Shown: positions 8,642 to 18,145, counted from the stretch's first letter. The stretch: 32,000 bases of DNA from Acaryochloris marina MBIC11017 (GCF_000018105.1 NC_009925.1:960001-992000), one strand, 5' to 3'. Program-made: numbers and translations. The notes: generated from the sequence alone by a model not told the origin.

Positions 8642-10951
8642 ATGTCCACCCCTCTTACTGCCGATCAAGTTAATCGAATTGTTTGGAATCACCATCACGA
8701 TCCCTTCGAGGTTCTCGGTCCCCATCCCAGTCAAGATGGCAAATCAGGGTGGGTTGTGCGGGCATATTGGCCAAAAGCAGATGCAATTTCTGTGGTGTGT
8801 CCCGAGCACAGACAGGAATATCCCATGCAGAGTGTTCATGATCCTCACTTTTTTGAATGTGAGGTGCCCATCCCCGGAGCGCTCAATTACCAACTTCGAG
8901 TGAAAGAAGGGAGTCATGAGCAAGTCCTGTACGATCCCTACGCTTTCAAGTCTCCCCGAGTCACAGAATACGATCAGCATTTGTTTGCGGAAGGGAATCA
9001 CCACCGCATCTATGAAAAGCTGGGCGCACATCTCACCACTTTAGATGGCGTTGAAGGGGTTTACTTTGCCCTTTGGGCTCCCAATGCCCGTAATGTTTCT
9101 CTCTTGGGTGATTTTAATGCCTGGGATGGACGCCAACATCAGATGCGTAAAGGACCATCCGGCATTTGGGAATTATTCATTCCAGAATTGAGCATCGGCG
9201 AGCACTATAAATACGAAGTCAAAAATTATGAGGGGCATATTTACGAAAAATCTGACCCCTATGGTTTTCAACAAGAAGTCCGCCCGAAAACCGCTTCTAT
9301 CGTCACCGATCTCAACTCCTATAGCTGGTCCGATGAGTCCTGGATGGAGCAGCGACGCAATGCGGATGCCTTAGCACAACCGATTTCGATTTACGAAGTG
9401 CATCTGGGGTCCTGGATGCATGCCTCCTCTGACGAACCTCCGACATCAGAAGAAGGCCATCCCCTCCCTCCCGTTATTGTCTCTGAGCTGAAGCCTGGCG
9501 CTCGGTTCCTTACCTATCGAGAGTTGGCAGAGCGATTAATTCCCTACGTTAAAGACCTAGGCTTCACCCATATAGAACTCTTGCCTGTGGCCGAGCACCC
9601 CTTTGACGGATCTTGGGGCTATCAAGTGACAGGCTACTACGCCTGTACCTCTCGGTATGGAACTCCCGAAGACTTTATGTATTTCGTCGACCAATGCCAC
9701 CAACAGGACATCGGCGTGATTGTCGATTGGGTCCCAGGACATTTTCCCAAAGACGGCCATGGTTTAGCCTTTTTTGATGGCACCCATTTATATGAACATG
9801 CCGATCCCCGTAAGGGAGAGCATAAAGAATGGGGCACGCTGGTTTTCAATTACAGCCGCAAGGAAGTCAAGAATTTCCTGATTGCGAATGCCCTCTTTTG
9901 GTTCGATAAGTACCATATCGATGGCATCCGTGTCGATGCTGTTGCCTCCATGCTCTATCTCAATTACTGTCGCAAGGATGGTGAGTGGGTGGCCAATGAG
10001 TATGGAGGGGCCGAAAATATCGAAGCGGCAGATTTCCTACGCCACCTCAATGATGTGCTCTTCAGCTACTACCCCGGTATTCTTTCGATTGCCGAAGAAT
10101 CAACCTCTTGGCCCATGGTGTCTTGGCCTACCTATGTGGGGGGCTTAGGCTTTAACCTCAAATGGAATATGGGATGGATGCATGACATGTTGGATTATTT
10201 CAACATGGATCCCTGGTTCCGCCAATTTCATCAAAACAATGTCACGTTTAGCATCATGTATGCCTTTAGTGAGAACTTTATGTTGGCCCTGTCTCACGAT
10301 GAAATTGTGCATGGCAAAAGCAATATGCTGGGCAAAATGCCTGGAGATGAGTGGCAGAAATTTGCTAACTTGCGGTGTCTATACACCTTTATGTTTACCC
10401 ATCCCGGCAAAAAGACTCTATTTATGAGCATGGAGTTTGGACAATGGAGTGAGTGGAACGTCTGGGGAGATTTGGAATGGCAGCTCTTGCAGTATGACCC
10501 CCATCAAAATCTCAAGAAATTTGTTACCGACTTGAACCACCTTTACAAAGAATTACCGGCCTTATTCACCAACGACTTCAGCTATGACGGTTTTGAGTGG
10601 GTCGACTGTAACGACAATCGCCATAGCGTGATCTCCTTTGTTCGTCGTGCGAAGGACTCGGATGAGTTTGTACTCACAGTCTGCAATTTGACTCCCCAAC
10701 CTCATAGCCATTACCGAGTGGGGGTACCCGAAGCGGGCTATTACGTCGAGCGCTTTAATAGCGATGGGCGTCAATACGGCGGGAGTAACATGGGGAATTT
10801 AGGGGGGAAATGGACAGATGAATGGGCTTTCCATAACCGCCCCTACTCTCTAGATCTCTGTTTGCCGCCTTTAGCTACTTTGGTCTTCACCCTCGATCGG
10901 GAAAAAACGGCACAAGCCTACCAGCAACTTCCTGATTCGCAAAATCAATAG
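8642..10951 (+). CDS. glgB: 1,4-alpha-glucan (glycogen) branching enzyme
   Basis: 769 aa with GH13 motifs: [37 protein letters not shown]. The N-terminal CBM48-type region contains [11 protein letters not shown]. Confidence 0.97.
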   Translation: MSTPLTADQVNRIVWNHHHDPFEVLGPHPSQDGKSGWVVRAYWPKADAISVVCPEHRQEYPMQSVHDPHFFECEVPIPGALNYQLRVKEGSHEQVLYDPYAFKSPRVTEYDQHLFAEGNHHRIYEKLGAHLTTLDGVEGVYFALWAPNARNVSLLGDFNAWDGRQHQMRKGPSGIWELFIPELSIGEHYKYEVKNYEGHIYEKSDPYGFQQEVRPKTASIVTDLNSYSWSDESWMEQRRNADALAQPISIYEVHLGSWMHASSDEPPTSEEGHPLPPVIVSELKPGARFLTYRELAERLIPYVKDLGFTHIELLPVAEHPFDGSWGYQVTGYYACTSRYGTPEDFMYFVDQCHQQDIGVIVDWVPGHFPKDGHGLAFFDGTHLYEHADPRKGEHKEWGTLVFNYSRKEVKNFLIANALFWFDKYHIDGIRVDAVASMLYLNYCRKDGEWVANEYGGAENIEAADFLRHLNDVLFSYYPGILSIAEESTSWPMVSWPTYVGGLGFNLKWNMGWMHDMLDYFNMDPWFRQFHQNNVTFSIMYAFSENFMLALSHDEIVHGKSNMLGKMPGDEWQKFANLRCLYTFMFTHPGKKTLFMSMEFGQWSEWNVWGDLEWQLLQYDPHQNLKKFVTDLNHLYKELPALFTNDFSYDGFEWVDCNDNRHSVISFVRRAKDSDEFVLTVCNLTPQPHSHYRVGVPEAGYYVERFNSDGRQYGGSNMGNLGGKWTDEWAFHNRPYSLDLCLPPLATLVFTLDREKTAQAYQQLPDSQNQ

Positions 10952-11028
10952 GTGTTGCCAATTTCAAGAAACCTGTCACACTGGACTTGGGACAAACGCC
11001 TACCATAACTTAAGAAGAGGATGCCCGT

Positions 11029-11604
11029 ATGGGCGCTACGTTAGAGCAAATTTCTGGGTACTTAGATAAACAAGGTCTGATCTACGAGATTCAGCCCGAG
11101 AAGGCACGGATTATCACTCAAGTCGAAGCTGAACATGTTGAAGACTTTTTGATCGTGATTCAGCTCGATGAAGAGGGAGAGTTCTTTAAACTCTTCGTGC
11201 CTGAAGTTCTCACGGGTGTCCAAAATCACCCCCATAAGGCCGCCATTTTGCAAACCATGTTAGTGATCTCTTGGGAAACTAAGATGTTGCAGTGGGAATA
11301 TGATGCCTCTGATGGTGAAATTCGAGCCATTATTGAATTTCCCTTGGAAGACGCCATTATGACCGAGCGACAGTTTGATCGCTGTTTCAGTGGTTTAGTA
11401 GAAATGGTAGATAGCTGGGCAATGCCCCGTTTGCGCGAAGTGATGGAAACGGGAGTTGATCCAGGGGATGTCGCTCTGGGTGAACGTCTCCTTCTGACGA
11501 TCGAACAAGAGGCGCCCGGGCTGCTGGTTCTGCTAGAAAAAGCCATGCAGGCTCGCAAGCATCGAGGACAATTCCCTCCCTTACGGGACTCATGGTTGGA
11601 TTAA
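11029..11604 (+). CDS. Conserved hypothetical protein, YbjN-like (putative chaperone/sensory-transduction-regulator fold)
   Basis: 191-aa acidic soluble ORF. The pattern (..FLIVIQLDEEGEFFKLFVP... EIRAIIEFPLED) resembles YbjN-family proteins as I recall them. This is not verifiable here. Confidence 0.5.
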   Translation: MGATLEQISGYLDKQGLIYEIQPEKARIITQVEAEHVEDFLIVIQLDEEGEFFKLFVPEVLTGVQNHPHKAAILQTMLVISWETKMLQWEYDASDGEIRAIIEFPLEDAIMTERQFDRCFSGLVEMVDSWAMPRLREVMETGVDPGDVALGERLLLTIEQEAPGLLVLLEKAMQARKHRGQFPPLRDSWLD

Positions 11605-12532
11605 GCTTGTTTGCCTGGCCTCATGTCGATCTCTCATCGATGTTCGGACTGTTCTCACCCGAAAAAATTAAAAAAGAGACGGAGTCATTCGGTAAATGTA
11701 GGGTCTGGGATTGCTGCTGGTCCCAAGTCTGTTGGCTCACCCGTATTCCATCTGAGTCAATCGTGTAAAGTTGATAGTTTTGTTGGGGCGACTGCCACCC
11801 CTTCATATCTAGACGAGTGATTTTGCTGGGATAGGTGTGACTATTGATGATCATCAGGCTATGGGAGCTTGGAGTTCTGACAGCAAAGGCATCAATTCCT
11901 CTAGGCGTCGAGACACGAATCCGTTGACCATGACTAAAATATTGTCTCAGCAGCTTGAGCACATATCCTGCTGAGCGTAAGGAATAGACTCCATCTTTGT
12001 GATTGAAAAGTCCATAGGTATTGTCGGCATCATTCCAAGGGAAAATACCATCAATATCGTTGTGCTGCGCAGCCTGCTGAAAAACTAGGGCTAGAAATAC
12101 AGCCCCATGATGGGTACGCATCAATCGTTGTTTGTCCCTATCCCAGGTTGTGAACATATGGGTCTCCCCTAGGAACAGTTCAGCATCGTGTAAGCCTTTT
12201 TGGTTCATCCACTGGCGAATCGCTTTCGGTCGTTGACCAATTATTTTGGCAGTTTTGTATAGCTTGAAGGGATCGCCGGAAGGTTGGTGTGTACCATATT
12301 GATGATAGGAGAAAGCCTGAATATCACTTGTTTTGGAAGCCTCTAAAAATGCTTGAATATCCCTTTTGTCATAGGGGTGGGTCCAAGCACCAACAACAAT
12401 ACGAATAGCTGGATTAGCTCGCCTCATTGCATGGGCAGTCTGTTTTGCTAACCCAGCCAGTTCTTGAGAATTGCCATTGTATTCGGGATCCTTTTCGTTG
12501 AGTATTTCAAAATACCGAACTGGGTGCCTTGA

Positions 12533-12549
12533 GAGGCTGTTTGAGAAGT
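12533..12549. repeat. Left terminal inverted repeat of the IS (preceded by TSD TGA 12530-12532)
   Basis: Exact reverse complement of 13414-13430. Confidence 0.92.
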
Positions 12550-12611
12550 GAGTAAAGCTCTCAAGGTACTAATCTGTCAATACACAAACACTGGACAGGA
12601 CCTAGAGAGCA

Positions 12612-13412
12612 ATGCCTACAGCATATGATAGCGACCTCACCACCCTGCAATGGGAATTACTTGAGCCTTTGATTCCTGCTGCTAAACCTGGAGGTAGACC
12701 TCGCACCACTGATATGCTCAGTGTTCTCAATGCCATTTTTTATCTCGTGGTTACAGGTTGTCAGTGGAGACAACTACCTCATGATTTTCCCTGTTGGTCA
12801 ACGGTCTATAGCTATTTTCGAAGGTGGCGCGATGATGGGACTTGGAGTCAAATCAATGAACATCTACGCATGCAAGTGCGGGTGAGTGAAGACCGTCATC
12901 CCAGTCCCAGTGCCGCTATCTGCGATGCTCAATCGGTCAAAGTCGGCAATCCTCGGTGTCACTTGATTGGGTTTGATGGTGGGAAAATGGTCAAAGGTCG
13001 TAAACGTCATGTGCTCGTTGATACTTTGGGGCTGGTTCTGATGGTGATGGTCACCGCTGCAAATATCTCTGACCAACGAGGGGCCAAAATACTGTTTTGG
13101 AAAGCTCAACGCCAAGGTGCGAGTTTGTCCCGTCTAGTTCGGATATGGGCTGATGCAGGCTATCAAGGACAAGCTTTGATGAAGTGGGTAATGGACCGTT
13201 TTCAATATGTCTTGGAAGTAGTCAAACGCTCAGATAATCTAGCGGGGTTTCAGGTTATTCCCAAACGATGGATTGTAGAGCGGACGTTTGGATGGTTGTT
13301 GTGGTCTCGACGTCTTAATAAAGATTATGAGGTGCTGACTAGGACGGCTGAAGCGCTTGTTTATGTGGCGATGATTCGACTCATGGTTCGAAGGCTAGCG
13401 CAGGAGCACTAA
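12612..13412 (+). CDS. IS5-family DDE transposase
   Basis: 266 aa. The N-terminal motif LTTLQWELLEPLIP...GRPR...NAIFYLVVTGCQWRQLP...YFRRWRDDGTW is typical of the IS5 (DUF4096 + DDE_Tnp_1) family. Candidate DDE residues are in CDAQSVK, WADAGY and IVERTFGWL. Confidence 0.93.
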   Translation: MPTAYDSDLTTLQWELLEPLIPAAKPGGRPRTTDMLSVLNAIFYLVVTGCQWRQLPHDFPCWSTVYSYFRRWRDDGTWSQINEHLRMQVRVSEDRHPSPSAAICDAQSVKVGNPRCHLIGFDGGKMVKGRKRHVLVDTLGLVLMVMVTAANISDQRGAKILFWKAQRQGASLSRLVRIWADAGYQGQALMKWVMDRFQYVLEVVKRSDNLAGFQVIPKRWIVERTFGWLLWSRRLNKDYEVLTRTAEALVYVAMIRLMVRRLAQEH

Positions 13413-13413
13413 A

Positions 13414-13430
13414 ACTTCTCAAACAGCCTC
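13414..13430. repeat. Right terminal inverted repeat of the IS (followed by TSD TGA 13431-13433)
   Basis: Exact reverse complement of 12533-12549. Confidence 0.92.
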
Positions 13431-14228
13431 TGAGGAGACTAAGCGGACAAGCTGAGCACACCATTGCGCAAACGCACGGTGCTTTTCGGGAGGAAGTTGA
13501 GAGCCTTGATATAGCGTGGGGGACCAACTGGGAATGGAGATCATAATGTCCTCACAGTGAGGAGCAATATTCTCCAAAATGGCATCAATTTTGCCAATGT
13601 CCCAGGCCCCCTTGTTATCAATCCACGCTTTTGCATGACCCACTTTGAGCATTTCAGCTGCATGAAGTCGGCAGATGGAGGGGCGGATCTGACCTAATTG
13701 TTCACCAAATTTGAGATTCGCTCCTACAGTAGGATCAGTAGCAGACCAAAGATTTAAGCTATAAACATTACGAGCAGAGCCAGTGGATTGATTCCAGTCA
13801 ACCCTAATGGGTGCATGGGGCTTCGCATAACTGTGAGAGCAACCGAACGGTATGCCAGTACAGACAAACAGGATCATCGCGAAGGCAGAACGATATCTTT
13901 GCTGATGGAGGGGGTTCAAAGACATTTTGGGAAGAGGATTGGAACTTTAGGGACTGGGGCTGATGCTCATAATTTTTAGAATACTGAGAAAGCAATTGGA
14001 ATAAAGCCGAGCTTTTCTTCCATCAGTATGACGTAGGACATCTATGAAAGCAGCAGATGGGTCCCTTAAGGTTACCGATAAGCCTTCAAATATTTAAGGG
14101 GAGTCAGCAATGTTGAGCGTAACCAGCCCCTGTTATTCCTCCACCGTCAATGTTCGGATTGCCGATCTTTGTCCTTCATAAAGACGCTAGGATAAAAAGG
14201 TCCTGTCTTACCTTCAAAGGCCGACCCC

Positions 14229-14969
14229 GTGCTGAAGACACTTAAAACTGATTTTCAGATTATTTTCGATCGAGACCCTGCTGCTCGGAACTGGTTGGAA
14301 GTGTTGGTCTGTTACCCGGGCTTGCAGGCTATATTGTTACACCGCTTTGCCCATTGGCTATTTGTCTTAGGTTTACCCTTCTTTCCTCGGCTCATCTCCC
14401 ATGTCTCCCGCTTTTTCACAGGGATTGAAATTCATCCTGGTGCCACCTTGGGGAAAGGTGTGTTTATTGATCATGGCATGGGGATTGTGATTGGAGAAAC
14501 TGCAATTGTCGGTGATTTTAGCCTGATCTATCAGGGAGTAACGTTAGGGGGAACAGGGAAAGAAACGGGGAAACGACACCCCACCGTCGGGGAAAACGTT
14601 GTGATTGGTGCTGGTGCTAAAGTTCTGGGCAATATCCTATTAGGCAGCAATGTGCGGGTCGGCGCTGGTTCTGTTGTCTTACGAGATGTCCCCTCAGACT
14701 GTACGATTGTTGGTGTTCCGGGGCGCATTGTTTATCGGGGAGGAGCAAAAGTAGATCCATTGGATCACGCTCGCCTACCAGACTCTGAAGCTCAAGCTAT
14801 TCGCTATTTAGTCGATCGAATTGAAAGTCTAGAACAGGAAGTAGAACGGTTAAGACAGTCTTCTCCGAATGTTCCTACCCATGAGTCTGATACCACAGAC
14901 TGCTGCCATCTTCGGGATAAAGCAATAGAGCAGTTTTTAGACGGTACGACTGTCTCAAAGAATGGCTAA
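14229..14969 (+). CDS. cysE: Serine O-acetyltransferase
   Basis: The N-terminus DFQIIFDRDPAARNWLEVLVCYPGLQAILLHRFAHWL is followed by left-handed beta-helix hexapeptide repeats (GIEIHPGATLGKGVFIDHGMGIVIGETAIVGD...). The start is GTG. Confidence 0.93.
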   Translation: MLKTLKTDFQIIFDRDPAARNWLEVLVCYPGLQAILLHRFAHWLFVLGLPFFPRLISHVSRFFTGIEIHPGATLGKGVFIDHGMGIVIGETAIVGDFSLIYQGVTLGGTGKETGKRHPTVGENVVIGAGAKVLGNILLGSNVRVGAGSVVLRDVPSDCTIVGVPGRIVYRGGAKVDPLDHARLPDSEAQAIRYLVDRIESLEQEVERLRQSSPNVPTHESDTTDCCHLRDKAIEQFLDGTTVSKNG

Positions 14970-15333
14970 ATTAATATTTATCTATAATGCCGATGCTGGC
15001 TTGATTAATACTGCGCTGGACATTGCCCATAAGGTGTTGTCACCGGATACTTACAGCTGCAATTTATGTATGTTGACCCACGATACCTTTGCAGAACGAA
15101 CAGCATGGAAAGCCTTTAGAGAATCCTTTCCAATCTCCATGGAGTTTCTGCATAAGGATGAGTATGAGCAAAAGTTGAACGAGCCAAGTTTGGGCGAGTC
15201 GAAAAAGGCGTATTCTTATCCCATTATTTTGAAAGAAGACCAAGGTCACATCGATATTTTTATAGATACCGTTGAATTAAACCAAATTAAAGACGTCAAT
15301 CACTTGATTCGTTCTATTCAAGAGCGTTTATAG
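14962..15333 (+). CDS. Conserved hypothetical protein with CxxC motif (CNLC), translationally coupled to cysE
   Basis: 123-aa ORF whose ATG lies inside the last codons of cysE (8-nt overlap, ATGGCTAA). It has an LIFIYNADAG...SPDTYSCNLCMLTH pattern. I cannot name the family. Confidence 0.6.
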   Translation: MAKLIFIYNADAGLINTALDIAHKVLSPDTYSCNLCMLTHDTFAERTAWKAFRESFPISMEFLHKDEYEQKLNEPSLGESKKAYSYPIILKEDQGHIDIFIDTVELNQIKDVNHLIRSIQERL

Positions 15334-15360
15334 CAGATCAATCCAAGGTAGGAATTGGTC

Positions 15361-15858
15361 TCAAGAGGATGAGGGCTGAGTTTTTTGCTGTAGTCGCCTG
15401 CGGGCAAACCACTCTTGTAGTTGCTGACGACAGGTGGGCTCAAGGACGCCTGCAATGACGGGGAGTTTATGGAAGGAGCAAGGGCTACCCGGTAGATTGA
15501 GGACGGTTCGAATCGCTCCAGTTTTCGGATCATGGGCGCCATAGACCAACAGACCAAGACGAGCTTGGATAATTGCCCCTGCACACATGGGACAGGGTTC
15601 GAGGGTGACGTAGAGACGACATTCATGGAGTCGCCAAGACTGTATAACTTGGCTAGCAGCTCTGAGAGCTACAATTTCTGCATGAGCAGTCGGGTCGTGA
15701 TCGCGTTCTCGTCTGTTTTCTCCTTCAGCAATGCAGTCTCCATCAGGGCCAATAATCACTGCACCTACCGGCACCTCTCCTGCAGCACCTGCTTGAGTCG
15801 CTAAAGCAATCGCTTTTTCCATCCATTGTTGATGTTCAGGGTAGCTGGGGACGTCCAC
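15361..15858 (-). CDS. tadA: tRNA adenosine(34) deaminase
   Basis: CDA zinc motifs HAEIVALR and PCPMCAGAI, plus the WMEKAIALA..EVPVGAVI N-terminus. The track ORF starts at TTG 15921 and would overlap the divergent gene. GTG 15858 (MDVPSYPEHQQWMEK...) matches the usual TadA N-terminal length, and ATG 15822 is an alternative. Confidence 0.88.
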   Translation of the reverse strand: MDVPSYPEHQQWMEKAIALATQAGAAGEVPVGAVIIGPDGDCIAEGENRRERDHDPTAHAEIVALRAASQVIQSWRLHECRLYVTLEPCPMCAGAIIQARLGLLVYGAHDPKTGAIRTVLNLPGSPCSFHKLPVIAGVLEPTCRQQLQEWFARRRLQQKTQPSSS

Positions 15859-15900
15859 TCTTGATTTAATAAAACTATCGTTACATGCTAGCCGACTATT

Positions 15901-16254
15901 ATGCCTCTCATTAAAGTGCAATCTTCGATCAATGCTCCTGAACAGCCTGTTGTGGAAGCCTTATTAAAGCAACTCTCTGCTCAGCTCGCCCAACATTTAG
16001 GTAAGCCAGAGTCCTATGTGATGACAGCTTTTGAGGCAGAAACGCCAATGACATTTGCCGGAACGACTGAACCTGTTTGCTACGTGGAAATTAAAAGTGT
16101 AGGCACGATGAGTAGTCCTCAGACAAAAGCCATGAGCCAGGCGTTTTGCCAAGAGCTCGAAACCGCTTTAGGGGTCCCAAAGCAGCGAATCTATATTGAG
16201 TTTGCGGACGCAAAGGGCATGATGTGGGGATGGAATGGTTCAACCTTTGGTTAA
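15901..16254 (+). CDS. MIF / phenylpyruvate tautomerase-family protein
   Basis: 117 aa starting MPLIKV (catalytic Pro-1 after Met removal). The length and the pattern ...KPESYVMT...FAGTTEPVCYVEIKSVG... are typical of the MIF/tautomerase superfamily. Confidence 0.78.
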   Translation: MPLIKVQSSINAPEQPVVEALLKQLSAQLAQHLGKPESYVMTAFEAETPMTFAGTTEPVCYVEIKSVGTMSSPQTKAMSQAFCQELETALGVPKQRIYIEFADAKGMMWGWNGSTFG

Positions 16255-16276
16255 CAGATCCTTGCTCAAGGAGCCG

Positions 16277-17527
16277 TTATGAGGTTTGAATAATTTGTTT
16301 GGAAGTCATTAAGGTTTCAAGGCTAATCACCCCAGGAGAAAGGCTTTTGGCTGAACTCATGCCTATCGCCAGAGACCCTCCAGGCCCGCTGGACTGTCGC
16401 AAAAATTGGGGGCTGGTGTTGATAAACACTTGAGAACTACGAACACCTTGGATAAATTGTTGACTGTCTTGATAAGAATCCGTGACTAAACAATCGGCAT
16501 GATGACTACTGTGGCGGTTAATCCAGTTAAGGGCATCGGCTAAATCATCCACGACGCGAAAAGCCACAATTTTTTGTAGATAAGGCTGCTGCCACTCTTC
16601 CTTGGTTGCCAGAATTAACTCTGGAAACTCAGCTGCTAGGGTGGCATCTCCTCGTAATTCGAATCCTTTTTCCTTGAGGGTACTCCATAGGAGCGTGAGT
16701 CGAGACTGCTTAATGTTGGGGGTTAGCAAGACTTTTTCAATGGCATTGACCGCATCTGGACTACCTTGATGACTATTGATAATCATGGATCGGGTTAGGT
16801 CTGTACTGCCCGAGTCAGACCAAAAAAGATAGCAATTGCCCATCGCAGACTGAAGCGTGGGGACGGTGGATTGCTGCACAACCTGTTGAACCAAGCTGGG
16901 GCGACCATAGGGAACAACAAGATCGATAGGTAGGTCTCGGGCAACCAGATCGGAGATTGAAATGTTGCGATCGCAAGGGATGCATTGCACACAAGTTAAG
17001 GGCAAATCAGCGGCGGCCAGGGCAGCATGAAGCAACTCGATAACAACCTGATTAGAATGCTTCGTTTCAGCTCCTCCCTTCAGCAGTAACGCATTACCCG
17101 TTTTCCAGCACATGCCGGCAAGTAACAGCGCTAAGTCTGGAAACGCCTCATAAATAAAGGCAATAACTCCCCGGGGTTGTAACTTGGCATAGCCTGGAGC
17201 CACCATAAAAGTGGACTGGGGAAAGGCTATCATCGCCAACGGGTCAGTTGTTGTCGCCAAATGGTTCAACATTAGCCCCAAGGTTTGCAGACGTTCTGGA
17301 GCGAGCTTTAGCCAGTTCAGAACTAAGGAAGGAATCGCTAGATCACGGCTGACTTCTAAATCTATGGTGTTTGCTTCTAACAAATCATCTTGGCGATCTT
17401 GCAAGATTTGAGCCAAACAACGCAGCAATTCATTACGTTTTGGATGGGGCAGGAGTGCTAGTTTCTGCGAGGCAATGTGAGCCTGATGCACTGTTGTGTT
17501 CAGGTCAAATCTTTGAGAAGCATCCAT
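16277..17527 (-). CDS. Gamma-glutamyl phosphate reductase (ProA)-like protein, divergent; catalytic Cys position appears substituted
   Basis: It is colinear with ProA over its length: EANTIDLE, IAFIYEAFPD, LLLKGGAE, VVPYGRP, HSSHHADCLVT. The first ATG is at 17527; the longer track ORF starts at TTG 17602 and would overlap the upstream gene. See the finding on the missing nucleophile. Confidence 0.78.
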   Translation of the reverse strand: MDASQRFDLNTTVHQAHIASQKLALLPHPKRNELLRCLAQILQDRQDDLLEANTIDLEVSRDLAIPSLVLNWLKLAPERLQTLGLMLNHLATTTDPLAMIAFPQSTFMVAPGYAKLQPRGVIAFIYEAFPDLALLLAGMCWKTGNALLLKGGAETKHSNQVVIELLHAALAAADLPLTCVQCIPCDRNISISDLVARDLPIDLVVPYGRPSLVQQVVQQSTVPTLQSAMGNCYLFWSDSGSTDLTRSMIINSHQGSPDAVNAIEKVLLTPNIKQSRLTLLWSTLKEKGFELRGDATLAAEFPELILATKEEWQQPYLQKIVAFRVVDDLADALNWINRHSSHHADCLVTDSYQDSQQFIQGVRSSQVFINTSPQFLRQSSGPGGSLAIGMSSAKSLSPGVISLETLMTSKQIIQTS

Positions 17528-17543
17528 AGGCAAAATACATCCA

Positions 17544-17948
17544 TTAACGTCGATAAAGATATGAACCGAGTTGGAGAGTGGGGACTGCCATGAATACAGC
17601 AAGGCCGAGGCGAAACTCCCGCCTTAGAGCCCAAGGCAGGAGCGATGGGAATAAGACTAATACAATTATGCCCATGACCAGGAGCCAGAATAGAAATAAC
17701 CGAAAATAAAATAGGGGTTTTCTGGATCGAGAGGGTTGCCATCGACGCCCTGTCCAATACCAACTTTGATGGGGGTAGTCTGAGCACTGTTCAATCGTAT
17801 ACCCATCAGGTTTCACAACAAAAATCCGATGACATTGCTCACACCCTAGGGCCTCTGTAAGAATAATGGGGCTAAGGTGCCCATGCCGTCGACAGGGACA
17901 TGGATAAGGACTACTTACGTCTATTTTGTTGACTTTCGTGGAAGGCAC
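17544..17948 (-). CDS. Hypothetical Cys4 zinc-ribbon-like protein with C-terminal TM segments
   Basis: 134-aa ORF with a GTG start. It has CPC...(16 aa)...CEQC and then a hydrophobic stretch, LFYFRLFLFWLLVMGIIVLVLFPSLLPW. It ends 16 nt before the ProA-like ATG. Confidence 0.5.
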   Translation of the reverse strand: MPSTKVNKIDVSSPYPCPCRRHGHLSPIILTEALGCEQCHRIFVVKPDGYTIEQCSDYPHQSWYWTGRRWQPSRSRKPLFYFRLFLFWLLVMGIIVLVLFPSLLPWALRREFRLGLAVFMAVPTLQLGSYLYRR

Positions 17949-18145
17949 GAATTAACAAATCCCTTCAGATGATCTAGCCCAAAGTATGGAGACACCGATG
18001 ATCCTGGATCATTGCTCTAGCTTTGGGGAGAGTAGCGAAATCCATGTTTCCACACTTTGGCCATGAAAGCCGAAAATGGGAAAATAGTTGACGAAGATTT
18101 CCCCATTTTACCTGAAGTCTATGGGAGGGGAATGAACTTAAAGAA

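Larger units (their letters stand above)
12533..13430 (+). mobile_element. IS5-family insertion sequence (IS1031/ISL2-like group), 898 bp, single transposase ORF
   Basis: Perfect 17-bp terminal inverted repeats (GAGGCTGTTTGAGAAGT at 12533-12549, reverse complement at 13414-13430). It is flanked by the 3-bp direct duplication TGA (12530-12532 and 13431-13433) and encloses a DDE transposase ORF. Confidence 0.92.
11621..13925 (-). pseudogene. Secreted clan GH-A-like glycoside hydrolase gene interrupted by an IS element (N-terminal fragment 13434-13925, C-terminal fragment 11621-12532)
   Basis: The N-fragment has a signal-peptide-like start (AFAMILFVCTGIPFGCS). Deleting the IS plus one TGA copy gives one open 467-codon frame. 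The junction reads ...AQLVRLVSS/RHPVRYFEILNEKDPEY, and FEILNE resembles the acid/base NE(P) motif of (beta/alpha)8 clan A hydrolases. A later LFLGETH could hold the nucleophile Glu. Confidence 0.75.

Noticed and set aside
8679-10774. Multiple 60-95-aa ORFs overlapping glgB on both strands
   Set aside because: They lie wholly inside a 769-aa ORF with clear GH13 motifs, and none shows a recognisable motif.
11062-11820. ORFs 11062-11253, 11226-11558 and 11387-11593 (minus) and 11611-11820 (plus)
   Set aside because: The first three are antisense to the YbjN-like gene. The last is antisense to the C-terminal hydrolase fragment. No start context or family resemblance supports any of them.
12864-13115. 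83-aa minus-strand ORF inside the IS transposase gene
   Set aside because: It is antisense to a complete DDE transposase ORF. IS5-family elements of this size carry a single gene.
13419-13433. The C-terminal residues SEAV of the 13419-13925 ORF as genuine protein sequence
   Set aside because: These codons and the stop lie inside the IS right end. They are a consequence of the insertion, not part of the ancestral gene.
15859-15921. 21-nt overlap between the 5-prime ends of the divergent tadA and MIF-family ORFs, as given by the ORF track
   Set aside because: The tadA track start is a TTG. An in-frame GTG at 15858 gives an N-terminus of normal TadA length (MDVPSYPEHQQWMEK...) and removes the overlap, so this is probably an ORF-calling artefact.
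17528-17602. N-terminal 25-aa extension of the ProA-like ORF overlapping the upstream zinc-ribbon ORF
   Set aside because: The extension starts at TTG and has no counterpart in ProA N-termini. The first ATG (17527) lies just after the upstream stop codon.
18073-18109. Imperfect hairpin AAAATGGGAAA...TTTCCCCATTTT downstream of tRNA-Gly as a possible terminator
   Set aside because: The stem is A/T-rich with a bulge and a loop of about 13-21 nt, and there is no clean U-tract on the minus strand. This is too weak to call.
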